Shown: piece by piece, positions 8,480 to 20,100 of the stretch | Layout of the letters: every line of letters begins with the position of its first letter | Numbering within the stretch: position 1 is the stretch's first letter | Virus record (IMG/VR): IMGVR_UViG_3300030372_002658 | Span: 1 to 37,958 of that record | Length of the DNA stretch: 37,958 nt | Direction: 5' to 3' (one strand) | Origin: a virus | Lineage: Duplodnaviria; Caudoviricetes | Notes under the pieces: generated by a model | Databases searched by the model: none | Told to the model about the DNA's origin: nothing | Seen by the model: the letters and a program-made list of their open reading frames with translations, nothing else | Position numbers and translations under genes: made by a program

Positions 8480-9517
8480 ATGACAGACGACAACCCAACT
8501 GGGAACGAACCTATCAACATGGCGGAAGCCACAAGCCTACTACTTGACAGGCAGGAATCAGAAGATAATCCACAACCGAATCAAGAGGCACAACCACAAT
8601 CAGAGGTTGAAGAAACCCCTGATGTAACAGATACAGAAGAACCAACAAGTGAACAACCTGATGAGGCACTTGAAGCTGTTGAGGAAGATGTATCGGAAGA
8701 ATTAGATGAAGAAATAGTAACCGAAGATGAAACTGAGGAATACGAGGAACAAGAATACTATACTGTGAAGAATAATGGTGTAGAAGAAGATGTTAGCCTT
8801 GAAGAATTAGTTGCAGGTTATTCTCGACAATCTGATTATACAAAAAAGACAACCGATCTTGCTAACCAAAGAAAACAATTTGACCAGCAACAACAGGAAC
8901 TTTTACAAGAGAGGACTGCTCTCCAACAAGGATTACAACAGTTAAACCAAAAGTTATCAAGTGAAATTAGTACCGAGCCTACTAAAGAATATTGGGATAA
9001 CCTGTATAATACAGACCCCTTAGAATTTATTAAGCAAAAAGACGAATATCGTGATAAGCAATCTGAACTACAAAAAGTCCAATTAGCACAAAATGAATTA
9101 AACCAAAGACAGGCTGCTGAACATCAACAACAAATGCAAAAACATTTGGCACAAGAACAACAAAAACTTGTGAAAGCAATACCTGAATGGAAAGATGAAA
9201 AAGTTGCTGAAATGGACAAAAGAAACATTGTCACTTATGCAAAAAGATATGGTTTTAATGACCAAGAACTTAATAATGCCACAGATCACAGAGCAATATT
9301 GATGTTACGCAAAGCTATGATGTTTGATGACTTACAAGCAAAAAAACCGCTTGTTAAGAAAAAAGTTAAGAAAGCACCTAAGATGACAAAATCAGGTAAA
9401 AAACTTACTACACAAAAATCCTTAAACGCAGGTAAGGTTGATAAAGCCTACAATAAGTTGAAATCAACTGGCAGCATGGATTCTGCTGTTGATTATCTTT
9501 TACAAAAATCCAATTAA
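8480..9517 (+). CDS. Capsid scaffolding protein
   Basis: Acidic N-terminus, VSLEELVAGYSRQSDYTKKT motif, coiled coil, directly upstream of MCP. Confidence 0.9.
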   Translation: MTDDNPTGNEPINMAEATSLLLDRQESEDNPQPNQEAQPQSEVEETPDVTDTEEPTSEQPDEALEAVEEDVSEELDEEIVTEDETEEYEEQEYYTVKNNGVEEDVSLEELVAGYSRQSDYTKKTTDLANQRKQFDQQQQELLQERTALQQGLQQLNQKLSSEISTEPTKEYWDNLYNTDPLEFIKQKDEYRDKQSELQKVQLAQNELNQRQAAEHQQQMQKHLAQEQQKLVKAIPEWKDEKVAEMDKRNIVTYAKRYGFNDQELNNATDHRAILMLRKAMMFDDLQAKKPLVKKKVKKAPKMTKSGKKLTTQKSLNAGKVDKAYNKLKSTGSMDSAVDYLLQKSN

Positions 9518-9537
9518 CCATATAAGGAGTTTATAAT

Positions 9538-10482
9538 ATGGCAACTTACTTAACCGCAAACGCTGTTGGTGAGAGAGAAGATTTGTCTGATGTAATTACT
9601 CGTATTGACCCTGCTGAAACACCAATTTTCAGTAATGGTAAGAAAATTACAACAAGTGGTGTATTCCACGAATGGCAAGTTCAAGAACTTACAGCAGCAG
9701 CAGACGACAATTACCAATCAGAGGGCGCAGATTACTCTTATGTAAATCCTACCGCTACAACTAGACTTGGTAATTATCATCAAATTTCTACACAAGCTGC
9801 ATCAGTATCAGGTACACTTGATGTTGTTGACAAAGCTGGTAGAGATAAAGAAACAGCTTATGTTAAAGTCTTAAAAGGACTTGAGCAACGCAGAGATATT
9901 GAAAAAGCACTTTGCAAAAACGAAGCAAGAGTAGCTTCACCAGAACCAAGAAAAGCAGGTAAAATTAGTTCTTATATAACTAATGTTTCACTTGTTTCTC
10001 CAAGTACAACACCTGCAGGTACAGGTGCTGATGTTTCTGACAAAGCTGGTACTAACGCTGCACTAACATTAGCGAAAATTGATGTTGCAATGAAAGCTGC
10101 ATACGAAGATGGCGGACAGCCTGATATGCTTGTAGTTTCACCTGCAAACAAAGTAGCTTTTAGTGACTTATCTTCAGGTTCTGTAGCTTCACAACAGTTG
10201 CAATACACAGCACCTAGAGAAGTAGCTATCGTTGGTAGCGTTTCACTTTATCTTACAGATTTTGGTGAACTTAGCGTTACTATCGACAGACAAATGCTTG
10301 ATGACACAGTATTCTTATTAGATTCTGACCACTATTCTATTGGCTCATTACCTAATAGACTGTTTTCTGTTTCAGATGTAGCACCGACTGGTGATGCAAC
10401 CAAGTTTGCAATAGTTTCTGAGTGGACTTATGTTCCAACAGCACCTAAAGCACACGCTATGGTAACAGACTTAAATACATAA
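9538..10482 (+). CDS. Major capsid protein (DUF5309/SU10-like family)
   Basis: GEREDLSDVITRIDPAETP, HEWQ, NYHQI, YLTDFG motifs; strong RBS TAAGGAG. Confidence 0.93.
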   Translation: MATYLTANAVGEREDLSDVITRIDPAETPIFSNGKKITTSGVFHEWQVQELTAAADDNYQSEGADYSYVNPTATTRLGNYHQISTQAASVSGTLDVVDKAGRDKETAYVKVLKGLEQRRDIEKALCKNEARVASPEPRKAGKISSYITNVSLVSPSTTPAGTGADVSDKAGTNAALTLAKIDVAMKAAYEDGGQPDMLVVSPANKVAFSDLSSGSVASQQLQYTAPREVAIVGSVSLYLTDFGELSVTIDRQMLDDTVFLLDSDHYSIGSLPNRLFSVSDVAPTGDATKFAIVSEWTYVPTAPKAHAMVTDLNT

Positions 10483-10492
10483 TTTAAGCAAA

Positions 10493-10513
10493 GGGGGGTA
10501 TTAAGTACCCCCC
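10493..10513. terminator. GC hairpin downstream of MCP (terminator or mRNA stabiliser)
   Basis: GGGGGGTA-TTAAG-TACCCCCC; no U-tract on the plus strand; closely resembles the hairpin at 1094-1111. Confidence 0.6.
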
Positions 10514-10530
10514 ACAACTTAGGATTTACA

Positions 10531-10851
10531 ATGAAAAAAATAATTGGTTATGACCCTGTACAGAAAAAAACAACATATTTTCATGGGGGTAATGATGGTC
10601 AACATCATGTTTCAGTAGAACAAGATACAAAAGACATAATTAAAAAAGCCAAAAATTTAGATATTGATTACAAACCATACAATATCGTAGGTACACAAAA
10701 ACACATGAGGCAAATCGCAGAAATACCTGCAAACCTCTATTATGAATTATTACATAAATTCGGAGAACCGAAGAAAAACAAAAAAGCATGGTCAAGATGG
10801 TTAAATGACCCTGACAACAAATATTTTAGAACAGGTGGCGGAAGTATATAA
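10531..10851 (+). CDS. Conserved post-capsid protein
   Basis: IAEIP...WLNDPDNKYFRT motif typical of the gene after MCP in this podovirus group. Confidence 0.8.
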   Translation: MKKIIGYDPVQKKTTYFHGGNDGQHHVSVEQDTKDIIKKAKNLDIDYKPYNIVGTQKHMRQIAEIPANLYYELLHKFGEPKKNKKAWSRWLNDPDNKYFRTGGGSI

Positions 10852-11474
10852 TGGCAACAGATTATTCATCATTAAAAACAGAGATAGCTGATTTTTTAGC
10901 TAGAGATGACTTAACGACACAAATTGATACATTTATTGATTTAGCTGAAAGTCGCATATCTCGTGAACTAGAAACTCGGTCACAAGACACACGAACAACT
11001 TTAACAACAAGTGCAGATAATGCTTATGTATCGTTACCAACTGATATGCGATCTATAAGAAATGTTAAGGTAATGAATAACCCTCGTATTACATTAAGGT
11101 ATCTATCACCGCTACAAGTAAAGAAAGAATATGCCACAACAGGCACAGGTGTACCACGAGTTTATAGTGTTATTGGTGATAATTTGTTTTTAGCACCAAT
11201 ACCTGATTCAACACTTAATATAGAATTAACTTATAAAGCGTCTATAAGCTCTCTAAGCGACAGTAACACGACAAACACTATATTGACTCGTTTTCCTGAT
11301 TTATACCTCTATGCGAGTTTATTTCACGCTTACACATACCTTTTAGATGAACAAAGGGCTACACAATACAACGCACTTGTTGAAAACATACTACAATCAA
11401 TACGAGTTGATGAAGAAAAAGGTAATTATGGCGTAGGTTTAGAAATGCGTGGTGATTATGGGGAAGTAAACTAA
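10851..11474 (+). CDS. Head-tail adaptor (tail tubular protein A-like)
   Basis: YSSLKTEIADFLARDDLT...FIDLAESRISRELE, LPTD, PIPDS, PDLYLYASL motifs. Confidence 0.88.
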   Translation: MATDYSSLKTEIADFLARDDLTTQIDTFIDLAESRISRELETRSQDTRTTLTTSADNAYVSLPTDMRSIRNVKVMNNPRITLRYLSPLQVKKEYATTGTGVPRVYSVIGDNLFLAPIPDSTLNIELTYKASISSLSDSNTTNTILTRFPDLYLYASLFHAYTYLLDEQRATQYNALVENILQSIRVDEEKGNYGVGLEMRGDYGEVN

Positions 11475-12943
11475 TGATGAATTTTGGTGAATGGTTACCT
11501 GACCAGCCTGACAACACAAGCGGAGTGACAACAGCTAAAAATGTCATACCTGCGGCACGAGGGTATCGTGGTTTACAAGATTTATCGCAATACAGTAATG
11601 CTGCGGATAATAGATTAAGAGGAATATTTGCCGCTAAAGATGATACAGGTGACCCTAAGATATTTGCAGGTGATGTTACAAAATTATATGAATTTACAAA
11701 ATCTAATTCTAATTTAACAAATATATCAAAAGCAGGAAATTACACATCATTAGGTAATGACGATATATGGAAATTTATTGACTTTAGTGGTTATGTTATT
11801 GGTGCGTCAGGACATAATAATATATTACAAGTATATGATAATGGCACAAGTTCATTATTTGCTGATATTGCAGGTAGTCCTGCAGCAAAACATATAGCGG
11901 TTGTAGGTGATTTTGTTTTTACAGGTAATGTTAAATATGGTGGCAACACTTATCCAAATCGTGTGTACTTTTCCTCACTTGCTTCGCATACAGGTTGGAC
12001 AATAGGCACAGACCAATCTGATATACAGGATATATTTGATATGGGAGATATTACAGGTATTGTTGGTGGAGAATACGCAACGATATTATGTGAAAAGGGT
12101 ATAGTGCGTGGGTCTTATGTAGGAACACCACTCATATTCCAATTTGACAAAGTACAAACAGGCTTTGGTTGTAACTATCCAAATTCAGTAGCAAGTGTTG
12201 GTGAAACTGTCTTTTATTTATCAGATGATGGTTTTTATCAATTTGATGGACAAAGAAGTACACCAATAGGTGCGGAAAAAGTAAATCGTTTTTTCTTTGA
12301 TGATTTTACAATACGAAACAAAGGAAGAATATCTACCGCTGTTGACCCTACAGAACAAATAGTTGTGTGGTCATATACATCAGGTAGTTCTAATGATGAT
12401 ACACCTGATAGATTATTAATTTATAATTATGCGTTACAAAGATGGTCGTATGCAGAACTAGACTGTGAACTTATATCACCATTTATGACTATTAATTATA
12501 CTTTAGAAGAATTAGACGCTATTAGCACATCATTAGATGGATTACCTGCTTCACTTGATTCATCAATCTACATTGGTGGTCAATTTATCTTTGGTGGCTC
12601 TAAAGATAATAAGTTACACACCTTTAGTGGTATTAACAAAGAAGCCTTAATTGAAACTGCTGATTTAGACACAGGTAATGGTCGTACAAGCGTTATAACG
12701 AATGTTATACCTTATGTTGAGATAGTAAGCGGCACGACACCATCTGTTACAGCACAAGTATCGTCAAGACGCAGACAAGTTGATGATGATAGTTTTAGCA
12801 CAGCAAGTGCCTTAAATAATGATGGATATTGTAATGTAAGATCAAATCAAGGCAGGTATCATAAAATAAGATTAAATGTTTCAGGTACTTGGAAATATAT
12901 ACAAGGTGTAGAAATAGAGGCAAAAACAATAGGTAAACGATAA
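11474..12943 (+). CDS. Tail hub/nozzle (P22 gp10-like, tail tubular protein B)
   Basis: FGEWLPDQP N-terminus, beta-rich 489 aa, GRYHKIRL C-terminus, position after adaptor. Confidence 0.85.
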   Translation: MMNFGEWLPDQPDNTSGVTTAKNVIPAARGYRGLQDLSQYSNAADNRLRGIFAAKDDTGDPKIFAGDVTKLYEFTKSNSNLTNISKAGNYTSLGNDDIWKFIDFSGYVIGASGHNNILQVYDNGTSSLFADIAGSPAAKHIAVVGDFVFTGNVKYGGNTYPNRVYFSSLASHTGWTIGTDQSDIQDIFDMGDITGIVGGEYATILCEKGIVRGSYVGTPLIFQFDKVQTGFGCNYPNSVASVGETVFYLSDDGFYQFDGQRSTPIGAEKVNRFFFDDFTIRNKGRISTAVDPTEQIVVWSYTSGSSNDDTPDRLLIYNYALQRWSYAELDCELISPFMTINYTLEELDAISTSLDGLPASLDSSIYIGGQFIFGGSKDNKLHTFSGINKEALIETADLDTGNGRTSVITNVIPYVEIVSGTTPSVTAQVSSRRRQVDDDSFSTASALNNDGYCNVRSNQGRYHKIRLNVSGTWKYIQGVEIEAKTIGKR

Positions 12944-13257
12944 TGGCTGATAATCAGTTTAAACGACTTGCTAATCAAGGTGGCAACCCAAGACAAGTTG
13001 CAGAAGTTGTTAATAGAGTCCTTGATGGTGGTTTAAACTCTACAGGCTCAGTTACCTTGCAAACCTCATCTGCAACAACTGTTGTAAGTGATGTGCGTGT
13101 AGGTGAAAATAGCGTGATAACCTTTATGCCAAAAGATACTAATGCTGCTGCCGAATTAACAGCTTTGTATGTATCAGCAAGAACGAATGGAACTTTTACA
13201 ATAACGCATAACAATAGTGGAACAACACGAGCTTATGAATACATCATCATTGGATAA
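12943..13257 (+). CDS. Small tail structural protein
   Basis: 104 aa, beta-rich, within the tail operon. Confidence 0.7.
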   Translation: MADNQFKRLANQGGNPRQVAEVVNRVLDGGLNSTGSVTLQTSSATTVVSDVRVGENSVITFMPKDTNAAAELTALYVSARTNGTFTITHNNSGTTRAYEYIIIG

Positions 13258-13618
13258 AGAAGCGTGGTTAAAATCACGAAAATACATACTAGAAGCCTTA
13301 GAACAAGGTATAGATAGCCATAGTGAAAAAGATGTATTTTATGCAATAGCAAGGGGTGACGCTCAATTATGGACAGGGCAAAAATCTGCTTGTGTAACAG
13401 AAATAGTCACATACCCTAATTACAAAATGATACGATTTTGGTTAGGTGGTGGTGATTTAGAAGAACTAAAAGAAATGGAAAAACCAATTTGTGAATGGGC
13501 TAAATCCATTGGTTGTAAAAAATCAATGATACTAGGTCGCAAAGGTTGGTCAAGAATTAAACACGAAGATAGAACCTACAAAGAGGTAGGCACAATTTCA
13601 ATAAGGAGTATATTATGA
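13217..13618 (+). CDS. GNAT-like virion assembly protein (start may be ATG 13235)
   Basis: VTEI..YP, WLGGGDLEEL, WAKSIGC, GRKGWSR motifs; position between tail and ejection genes. Confidence 0.7.
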   Translation: MEQHELMNTSSLDKEAWLKSRKYILEALEQGIDSHSEKDVFYAIARGDAQLWTGQKSACVTEIVTYPNYKMIRFWLGGGDLEELKEMEKPICEWAKSIGCKKSMILGRKGWSRIKHEDRTYKEVGTISIRSIL

Positions 13619-14367
13619 GTATTGGCGGAAGCGAACAGACAGGTACACAGACAACAACTGTGTTACCACCTGCGTATGTATTACCAAACCTAGCTTATGG
13701 TGCAAATGAAGCACAAAGAATGTATAATGCAGGTACAGGTTTTGGTTATTATCCTGAAAATACAGTAGCAGGTTTTAGTCCTGAACAACAAATGGCTATG
13801 ACTTTACAAGGTAATCGTGCTTTGTCAGGTAGTCCATTAACACGATCTGGTCAAAATTTAGCACTTAATACATTACAAGGTAATTTTTTAAATCCAACAA
13901 CAAATCCTTATTTTAAAACATCAGTATTAGACCCTATTACAGAAAGAGTACAAGGCACATTTAGTCAAGCTGGTCGTTTAGGGTCAGGTGCAAATCAAAT
14001 GGCTTTAACTCGTGCTTTGGCAGACCCACTAATGCAAAACTACGAAAGAGAAAGAGCAAGACAAGACTTAATGATAACAAGAGCCGCACCACTTGCTAAC
14101 CAAGATTATACTGATTATGCACAATTAGCGGCAGTTGGTTTAGATAGACAACAACAAGCACAAAGACAAATCGAAGCTAATAAAGCTCGTTTTGATTTCT
14201 TACAGGCTGCACCACAACAAAGATTAGGTACTTTCTTAGGAAACTTAAATGCTGCAGCAGGAAACGCACAAACACAATCACAACCAGTTTATGAAAATAA
14301 GGCTGCAAATGCTTTAGGTAATGTGGCTACAGTTGCAAGTATTTTAAAAACATTAAATTTAGTTTAG
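13615..14367 (+). CDS. DNA ejection/pilot protein 1
   Basis: Q/A/G-rich, GGS...TQTT N-terminus, VAGFSPEQ, NPY and GRLGSG motifs. Confidence 0.75.
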   Translation: MSIGGSEQTGTQTTTVLPPAYVLPNLAYGANEAQRMYNAGTGFGYYPENTVAGFSPEQQMAMTLQGNRALSGSPLTRSGQNLALNTLQGNFLNPTTNPYFKTSVLDPITERVQGTFSQAGRLGSGANQMALTRALADPLMQNYERERARQDLMITRAAPLANQDYTDYAQLAAVGLDRQQQAQRQIEANKARFDFLQAAPQQRLGTFLGNLNAAAGNAQTQSQPVYENKAANALGNVATVASILKTLNLV

Positions 14368-14375
14368 GAGCTAAC

Positions 14376-15590
14376 ATGGGATTATTTGATAACAAAAAAA
14401 GACCAAATGGTTTACTTGGTAATGTAAGTGAGGAGGGTTTATTAGCACTTGCAAACTCCTTATATCAACAAGGTCAACCAAGTACAACGCCACGAGGTGG
14501 ATTAAATCTTGCCGCACCAATGTTAGCATATAAACAAGCAAACAAAGGGAATGAAACAGATAGATTTTATTTACAATTAGGAATAGACCCAAAAAACCCA
14601 CAAAGAGATTTTTTAGCAAAAAATATTCTTGGAAAACAAATGGGAATTGTTGGTACGCCTGACCAACAAAACTACTATCAAGCATTAAGAACAGGTTTTA
14701 ATGGAACATTTGCAGATTATTTGCAAACAAAAGATGACCCAACTTTAATGGCTCAATTCATGCAAGGAGGAAACAATCAATCTCAACAACAAAACGCACA
14801 AATAAATCCTAATGTAGGTCAACAAGGACAAAATAATGTTGTTGCACCTGAAACTCCACCAAAACAAGAAAATGTAGAATTTTTTAATTATCCAAGACCA
14901 AATGAAAGAGTAACAGATGTTGATGTTGCTAATGGAGTGGGAACTGTATATAGAAATGGTGTGCCTGAACAAGTTACTTTAAAAGGTGGCAAAAAAGACG
15001 AACAATTAAAAAAATTATTACAAGGTGGTAGAGATGCTATAAATGGTTTTAGACCTGTTTCATTAGCAATAAAAAATATTGGTGAAGTACTAGAAAAAAA
15101 TCCAAATGCTGTAGGTGCATTAAGTAGAGCAGCATCATTTTTTCCTAGTGATGCGAGGTCAATTAGAGAAAGTTTAAAAACATTACAAGCGTTTTCTGGT
15201 TTTCGAACTTTATCTGACATGAAAAAAGCATCACCGAATGGAGGTGCATTAGGACAAGTTTCTGAAAGAGAATTAGAATTTTTACAAGCAACATGGGTAT
15301 CATTAGACCCAAATTTAGGTGCTAAAGAATTTAAAAGAAGATTAGATGAATTTAATATACAACTTGATAGTGTAGTTTCATCAATGTCGGCAAGTATGGA
15401 AGAAAGCGGAATAACTGACCCTGTAGCGATAGGTTTAATTAATGAAATGAAAAATTTAAGTGAAACATATAAAAATATAGGTCAAGCATCAACAGGTGAA
15501 AGTGAATTTGATAATGTTACAGAAGAAATGATTAGGAATATGGACTCTAATAAATTTGCAAGATACCAAGAGTATCTACAAAATAAATAA
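14376..15590 (+). CDS. DNA ejection protein 2
   Basis: Q/N-rich; MKKASPNGGALGQVSERELEFLQ motif typical of podovirus internal proteins. Confidence 0.7.
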   Translation: MGLFDNKKRPNGLLGNVSEEGLLALANSLYQQGQPSTTPRGGLNLAAPMLAYKQANKGNETDRFYLQLGIDPKNPQRDFLAKNILGKQMGIVGTPDQQNYYQALRTGFNGTFADYLQTKDDPTLMAQFMQGGNNQSQQQNAQINPNVGQQGQNNVVAPETPPKQENVEFFNYPRPNERVTDVDVANGVGTVYRNGVPEQVTLKGGKKDEQLKKLLQGGRDAINGFRPVSLAIKNIGEVLEKNPNAVGALSRAASFFPSDARSIRESLKTLQAFSGFRTLSDMKKASPNGGALGQVSERELEFLQATWVSLDPNLGAKEFKRRLDEFNIQLDSVVSSMSASMEESGITDPVAIGLINEMKNLSETYKNIGQASTGESEFDNVTEEMIRNMDSNKFARYQEYLQNK

Positions 15591-15598
15591 GGTAAAAT

Positions 15599-17161
15599 AT
15601 GACAGAAGAAGAACTAAATTTAGCAAAAGAAAAAGAAATTGCAATATTAAAATTACAATCTCAACAAAAAGATAACAAAAACAATAGATTTTTAGATAAG
15701 GATTTTGCTCGTAGTGCTGTTGGTCAAGGTTTGTTTTTTGGCTATGGTGATGAAATAGAAGCAAAAATTCGGTCTATGATTGGTAAGAAAAGCTATGAGG
15801 AACTATTGCCTGAAATTAGAGGTGCTTTAAGGGCTTATGAACAGGATTTTCCTGTTCAATCAGTAACTAATGAGATCATTGGTTCTATACCATCAGGTAT
15901 ATTATTAACAATAGCAACAGGTGGTTTTGGCACTCCAGTAGTTGCTGGAACAAGAATAGCTACACTTGCCAATAAAGCAAAACCATTTTTACAAGCTATG
16001 GGATTATCAGGCTTGTATGGTAGTGGTAAAGAGGAGGGTGATGTAGTTGAAAAAATAAAAACAGGAGCAAAAACAGCACCATTTGGATTAGTTTTATATC
16101 CAATTCAAAAGTTGGCTGGAAGCAAACCTGCACAAGCAATAAAAGACAAATTAAACTTAACTATAGGTCAAAAAATTGGTGGATTTACAAAAAGAATTGA
16201 AGAAAGTTTGAAATCAGTACCAATATTAGGTGAAAGTATAAGGAGGCGTGAGCAAGAAGTTTTACAAGAGATGAATGTAAATATTTATAATAGAGTGTTA
16301 AAAAATATTGGAAAGAAAATAGATAAAAATAAAGTCGGACATGATGCCTTTGAAGAAGCTGATGATTTTATTCGAGATGCTTACAAAGACATTATACCAA
16401 AGTTAGAATTAGATGAAATTAGTATTCAACAATTAGTAAAAAAAATTAACACCATTGGGTTAGATGATTTAAATGTGAGTACAGAAGTTGCTGAAGATTT
16501 TATAAAACAAACAACAAATTTAATAACAAGATCAACAAACGCCTCACAATCAAAAATTAGTGGTCAAAATTTAAAAAATTTAGAAAGTAAATTAAGTAAA
16601 AGTATTAGAGATGGTGTAAAAAGTGGTGATGCTTCAGTAAGAGAAAATGCTTTTCGATTACAAAAAGTAAGGAATGAATTGACTAGATTATTAGAAAAAA
16701 ATAACCCTAAACACGCAAAAGATTTAAAAAATATAAATTTAGCATTTCGTCAGTTTTTACCTGTTGGTAGCGCTGTAAGTTCATCAGTAAAAAATAATGG
16801 TGTGTTTACATCAGGTCAATTAATTACAGGAATAAGACAAACTTCACCAAAAAGAGATTTAAGAATAGGAAGCGGTGGTGCTGGTTTACAAAAAGAAGCA
16901 CAACAATATCATAATGTTTTAAAAAATGTTGTACCTGATAGTGGTACAGCAGAAAGGTCTTTAACAGGAATTGCAGGTTTAGGGGGTGCAGCAGTACTTA
17001 CTGACCCAATAACAACTGGGTTAGGACTTGGTGGTGCAACAGCTTTTTACACAAAAGGCGGTCAACGAATTGCTGACATAGCAACAGATAAATTAAGTTT
17101 GTTAGGTACATCAGGTGGACTAGCAAATGTTATACAAGAACAAACAGGATTATTAGATTAG
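15599..17161 (+). CDS. DNA ejection protein 3
   Basis: GQGLFFGYGDEIEA N-terminal motif, PDSGTAER motif, Gly-rich hydrophobic C-terminus ending GLL. Confidence 0.75.
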   Translation: MTEEELNLAKEKEIAILKLQSQQKDNKNNRFLDKDFARSAVGQGLFFGYGDEIEAKIRSMIGKKSYEELLPEIRGALRAYEQDFPVQSVTNEIIGSIPSGILLTIATGGFGTPVVAGTRIATLANKAKPFLQAMGLSGLYGSGKEEGDVVEKIKTGAKTAPFGLVLYPIQKLAGSKPAQAIKDKLNLTIGQKIGGFTKRIEESLKSVPILGESIRRREQEVLQEMNVNIYNRVLKNIGKKIDKNKVGHDAFEEADDFIRDAYKDIIPKLELDEISIQQLVKKINTIGLDDLNVSTEVAEDFIKQTTNLITRSTNASQSKISGQNLKNLESKLSKSIRDGVKSGDASVRENAFRLQKVRNELTRLLEKNNPKHAKDLKNINLAFRQFLPVGSAVSSSVKNNGVFTSGQLITGIRQTSPKRDLRIGSGGAGLQKEAQQYHNVLKNVVPDSGTAERSLTGIAGLGGAAVLTDPITTGLGLGGATAFYTKGGQRIADIATDKLSLLGTSGGLANVIQEQTGLLD

Positions 17162-17170
17162 GAGTAACAC

Positions 17171-20100
17171 ATGGCAAAAACGAAAATATCACAGTTTGAT
17201 GCAACCGCAGCAAATAATACTGACTTAAATAGTATTAGTATTGCTGAGGGAACAGCACCATCAAACATAAATAACGCTATAAGAGAATTAATGTCGCAAC
17301 TTGCCGATCTTAATTTAGGTAACGAGGTACTATCTACACTTAAAATAGACAACTTACACTTTGATAGTAACAGCATTGTAACTTTAGATACAAATGGTGA
17401 CCTAAACCTTACTCCTAATGGTAGTGGTGCTGTTGTAATAAGCAAAGCAGACATAAATGGTGGAAATATTGATGGCACACCTATTGGTGCTTCTAGTGCA
17501 AGTACAGGTGCATTTTCTACATTATCTGCTAGTTCAACTGCTAATCTAGGTTCAACAGTAACTGTGAGTGGCGGAAATGTAGATGCTGTTATAGGTGCTA
17601 ATACACCTGCGGCAATAACTGGTACTGTGATTACCGCAAATACAAATTTTGCAGGAGATATTACAGGTAATGTTACAGGGAATGTCACAGGCAACCTAAC
17701 TGGGAATGTCACAGGCAATGTAACTGGAAATGTGACTGGAGATGTAACTGGAAATATTACAGCTTCTACAGGTTCATCTACATTCAACAATGTAACTATC
17801 AATGGCACATTGGATATGGATTCAACCACTACACAAACAATTACAGGACTTGCCACGCCATCAGGTAGTTCAGATGCAGCAACTAAAGGGTATGTTGATA
17901 CCGAAGTATCAGCATTGGTTGACTCCGCACCTGCAACATTAGATACTCTTAACGAATTAGCTGCAGCATTAGGTGATGACGCTAGTTTCTCAACAACAGT
18001 TACAAATTCTATCGCTGCCAAGCTACCTCTTGCTGGTGGCACTATGACAGGGAACATAAACCTTGATTCAAATAGTTTAACAAACTTAGCTGCTCCATCA
18101 GGTGCAAATGACGCTGCAAGAAAAGCCTATGTAGATACTGCAGACGCACTAAAACTTAATTTAAGTGGTGGTACAATGTCAGGTGACATTAATGCAGATA
18201 GCAATAAAGTTACAAATCTTGCTACGCCAACAAACACAGGTGACGCAACAAGTAAATCTTATGTTGATGGTATATTAGGTTCGGCAACCTCTGCGGCTAC
18301 ATCAGCTTCTAACGCATCAACTTCAGCTACAAACGCTGCAAATTCAGCAACAGCTAGTGCAAATTCTGCCACAGCAAGTGCAAACTCTGCAACTTCTGCT
18401 GCTGCCTCTTATGACAGTTTTGACGATAGATATTTAGGTGCAAAGTCATCAGCACCTACTGTTGATAATGATGGTGACGCTTTAATTGAGGGTGCATTAT
18501 ATTTTAATACAACATCAAATCAGTTATTTGTTAGAAATTCATCAAACGCATGGACACAAGCTGCCTTTACAGCAAGTGGATTTTTAAGTGGTAGTAATAA
18601 CCTATCAGATGTTGATAGTGCATCAACAGCAAGAACAAATTTAGGATTAGCTATTGGTTCAAATGTACAAGCCCATGACGCTGATTTAGATGCCCTTGCA
18701 GGACTAACATCTGCTGCCGATAAAGGTATTCAATTTACAGGTAGTGGAACTGCAGCAACATACGATTTAACAAGTGCAGGTAAAGCCCTACTAGATGACA
18801 CAACTGCTGCTGCCCAAAGAACAACATTAGGTCTTGGTAGTGTGTCCACATTAGATGCAGGTACATCAGCAAATAACGCTGTGCAATTAGATGGCTCTGC
18901 TAAGCTACCAGCAGTAGATGGCTCAGCATTAACTGGTATGGCAAGTGGTGGTACTGTTAGCCTTGTCGCTGATGGTGGAATTACCGCAGGTAAGCCTTGT
19001 TTACTTACTGATGCAGGTAAAGCTCAAATGATTAAAGAAACATCAACTGGCAATAATGTAACAGAAGCTGTTGGTGTTGCTCATGAAGTAGATGATACAG
19101 GATATTATGGTACTTACCATTCTGCGGTAATTAATATTGGCAGCGATAAAGTTTTATTTTATTGGCGTAATCATTCAGATTATTATTTACACGCTAGAGT
19201 TGGAACAATAGATGGTACAAATAAAACAATAACTTTTGGAAGTGAAACAGTAATTGCATCAGAAAACTCAAATCAAGGTGGCACTATTGGTTATGACCCT
19301 GATGCTGATGCTTGTTGTCTTTATTATCACAGAGGTTCTGTTGGTGATTGGGCTATTAAAAAAATAACAGTATCAGGAACAACAATAACTGTTGGTACTA
19401 CAGTACCAATAAGTGCATCAAATTATGCAACCCACTCATCTCCAATGAAAATGAAATATGACCCTGACAATAATCAATTAATTCTTATTGCTCATTCAAA
19501 TACACAAACATCTAAGCAATATCCTGTTGCTTTTGCTTTTACTGTAACAGGAACAGATGCAGCAGCCTCACATTACAGTCAGCACACACAAGAACTCTAT
19601 GCTTCTTCCAGTTACGAAGCTGGTTTTGATTATGATACTGTTAATAATAAGTGGGTTGGTGCTTTTATTGGTAACTATAGTGCTGGTGTTGGTCTAGTAA
19701 AATGTATATGTATAACAAATAGTGGTTCAGCTTTTACATGGGGTGCAACTTATGATGGGGGTGTTTCTAATTCAACTGCTCCATATTGTGTAAGTTATAA
19801 TACAGATGCTGGTAAGTTTCTTTTAACATTTACAAACACAGATGGTTCATCAGGAGCTAATGATGCTGGTGCGCAAGTTCTTAGTTTATCAGGAACAACA
19901 ATTACAGGTGGTAATATTGTTCAAGTATGTCAAGATGACACCTCACCTTTCTTATCTTCTATGTACAATGAAACAGCAAAGAAACATATTTTAGTTTGTA
20001 GAGATAATTCAGGCTCTACAACTATGACAAATATTTATCATGGTACAATTTCAGGTACAACTTCTACTTGGAGTGGAAATACTACAGCAGCAGATATACA

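Noticed and set aside
17654-17761. 12-bp periodic repeat as CRISPR or VNTR
   Set aside because: In-frame GNVT coding repeat with synonymous variation and no spacers.
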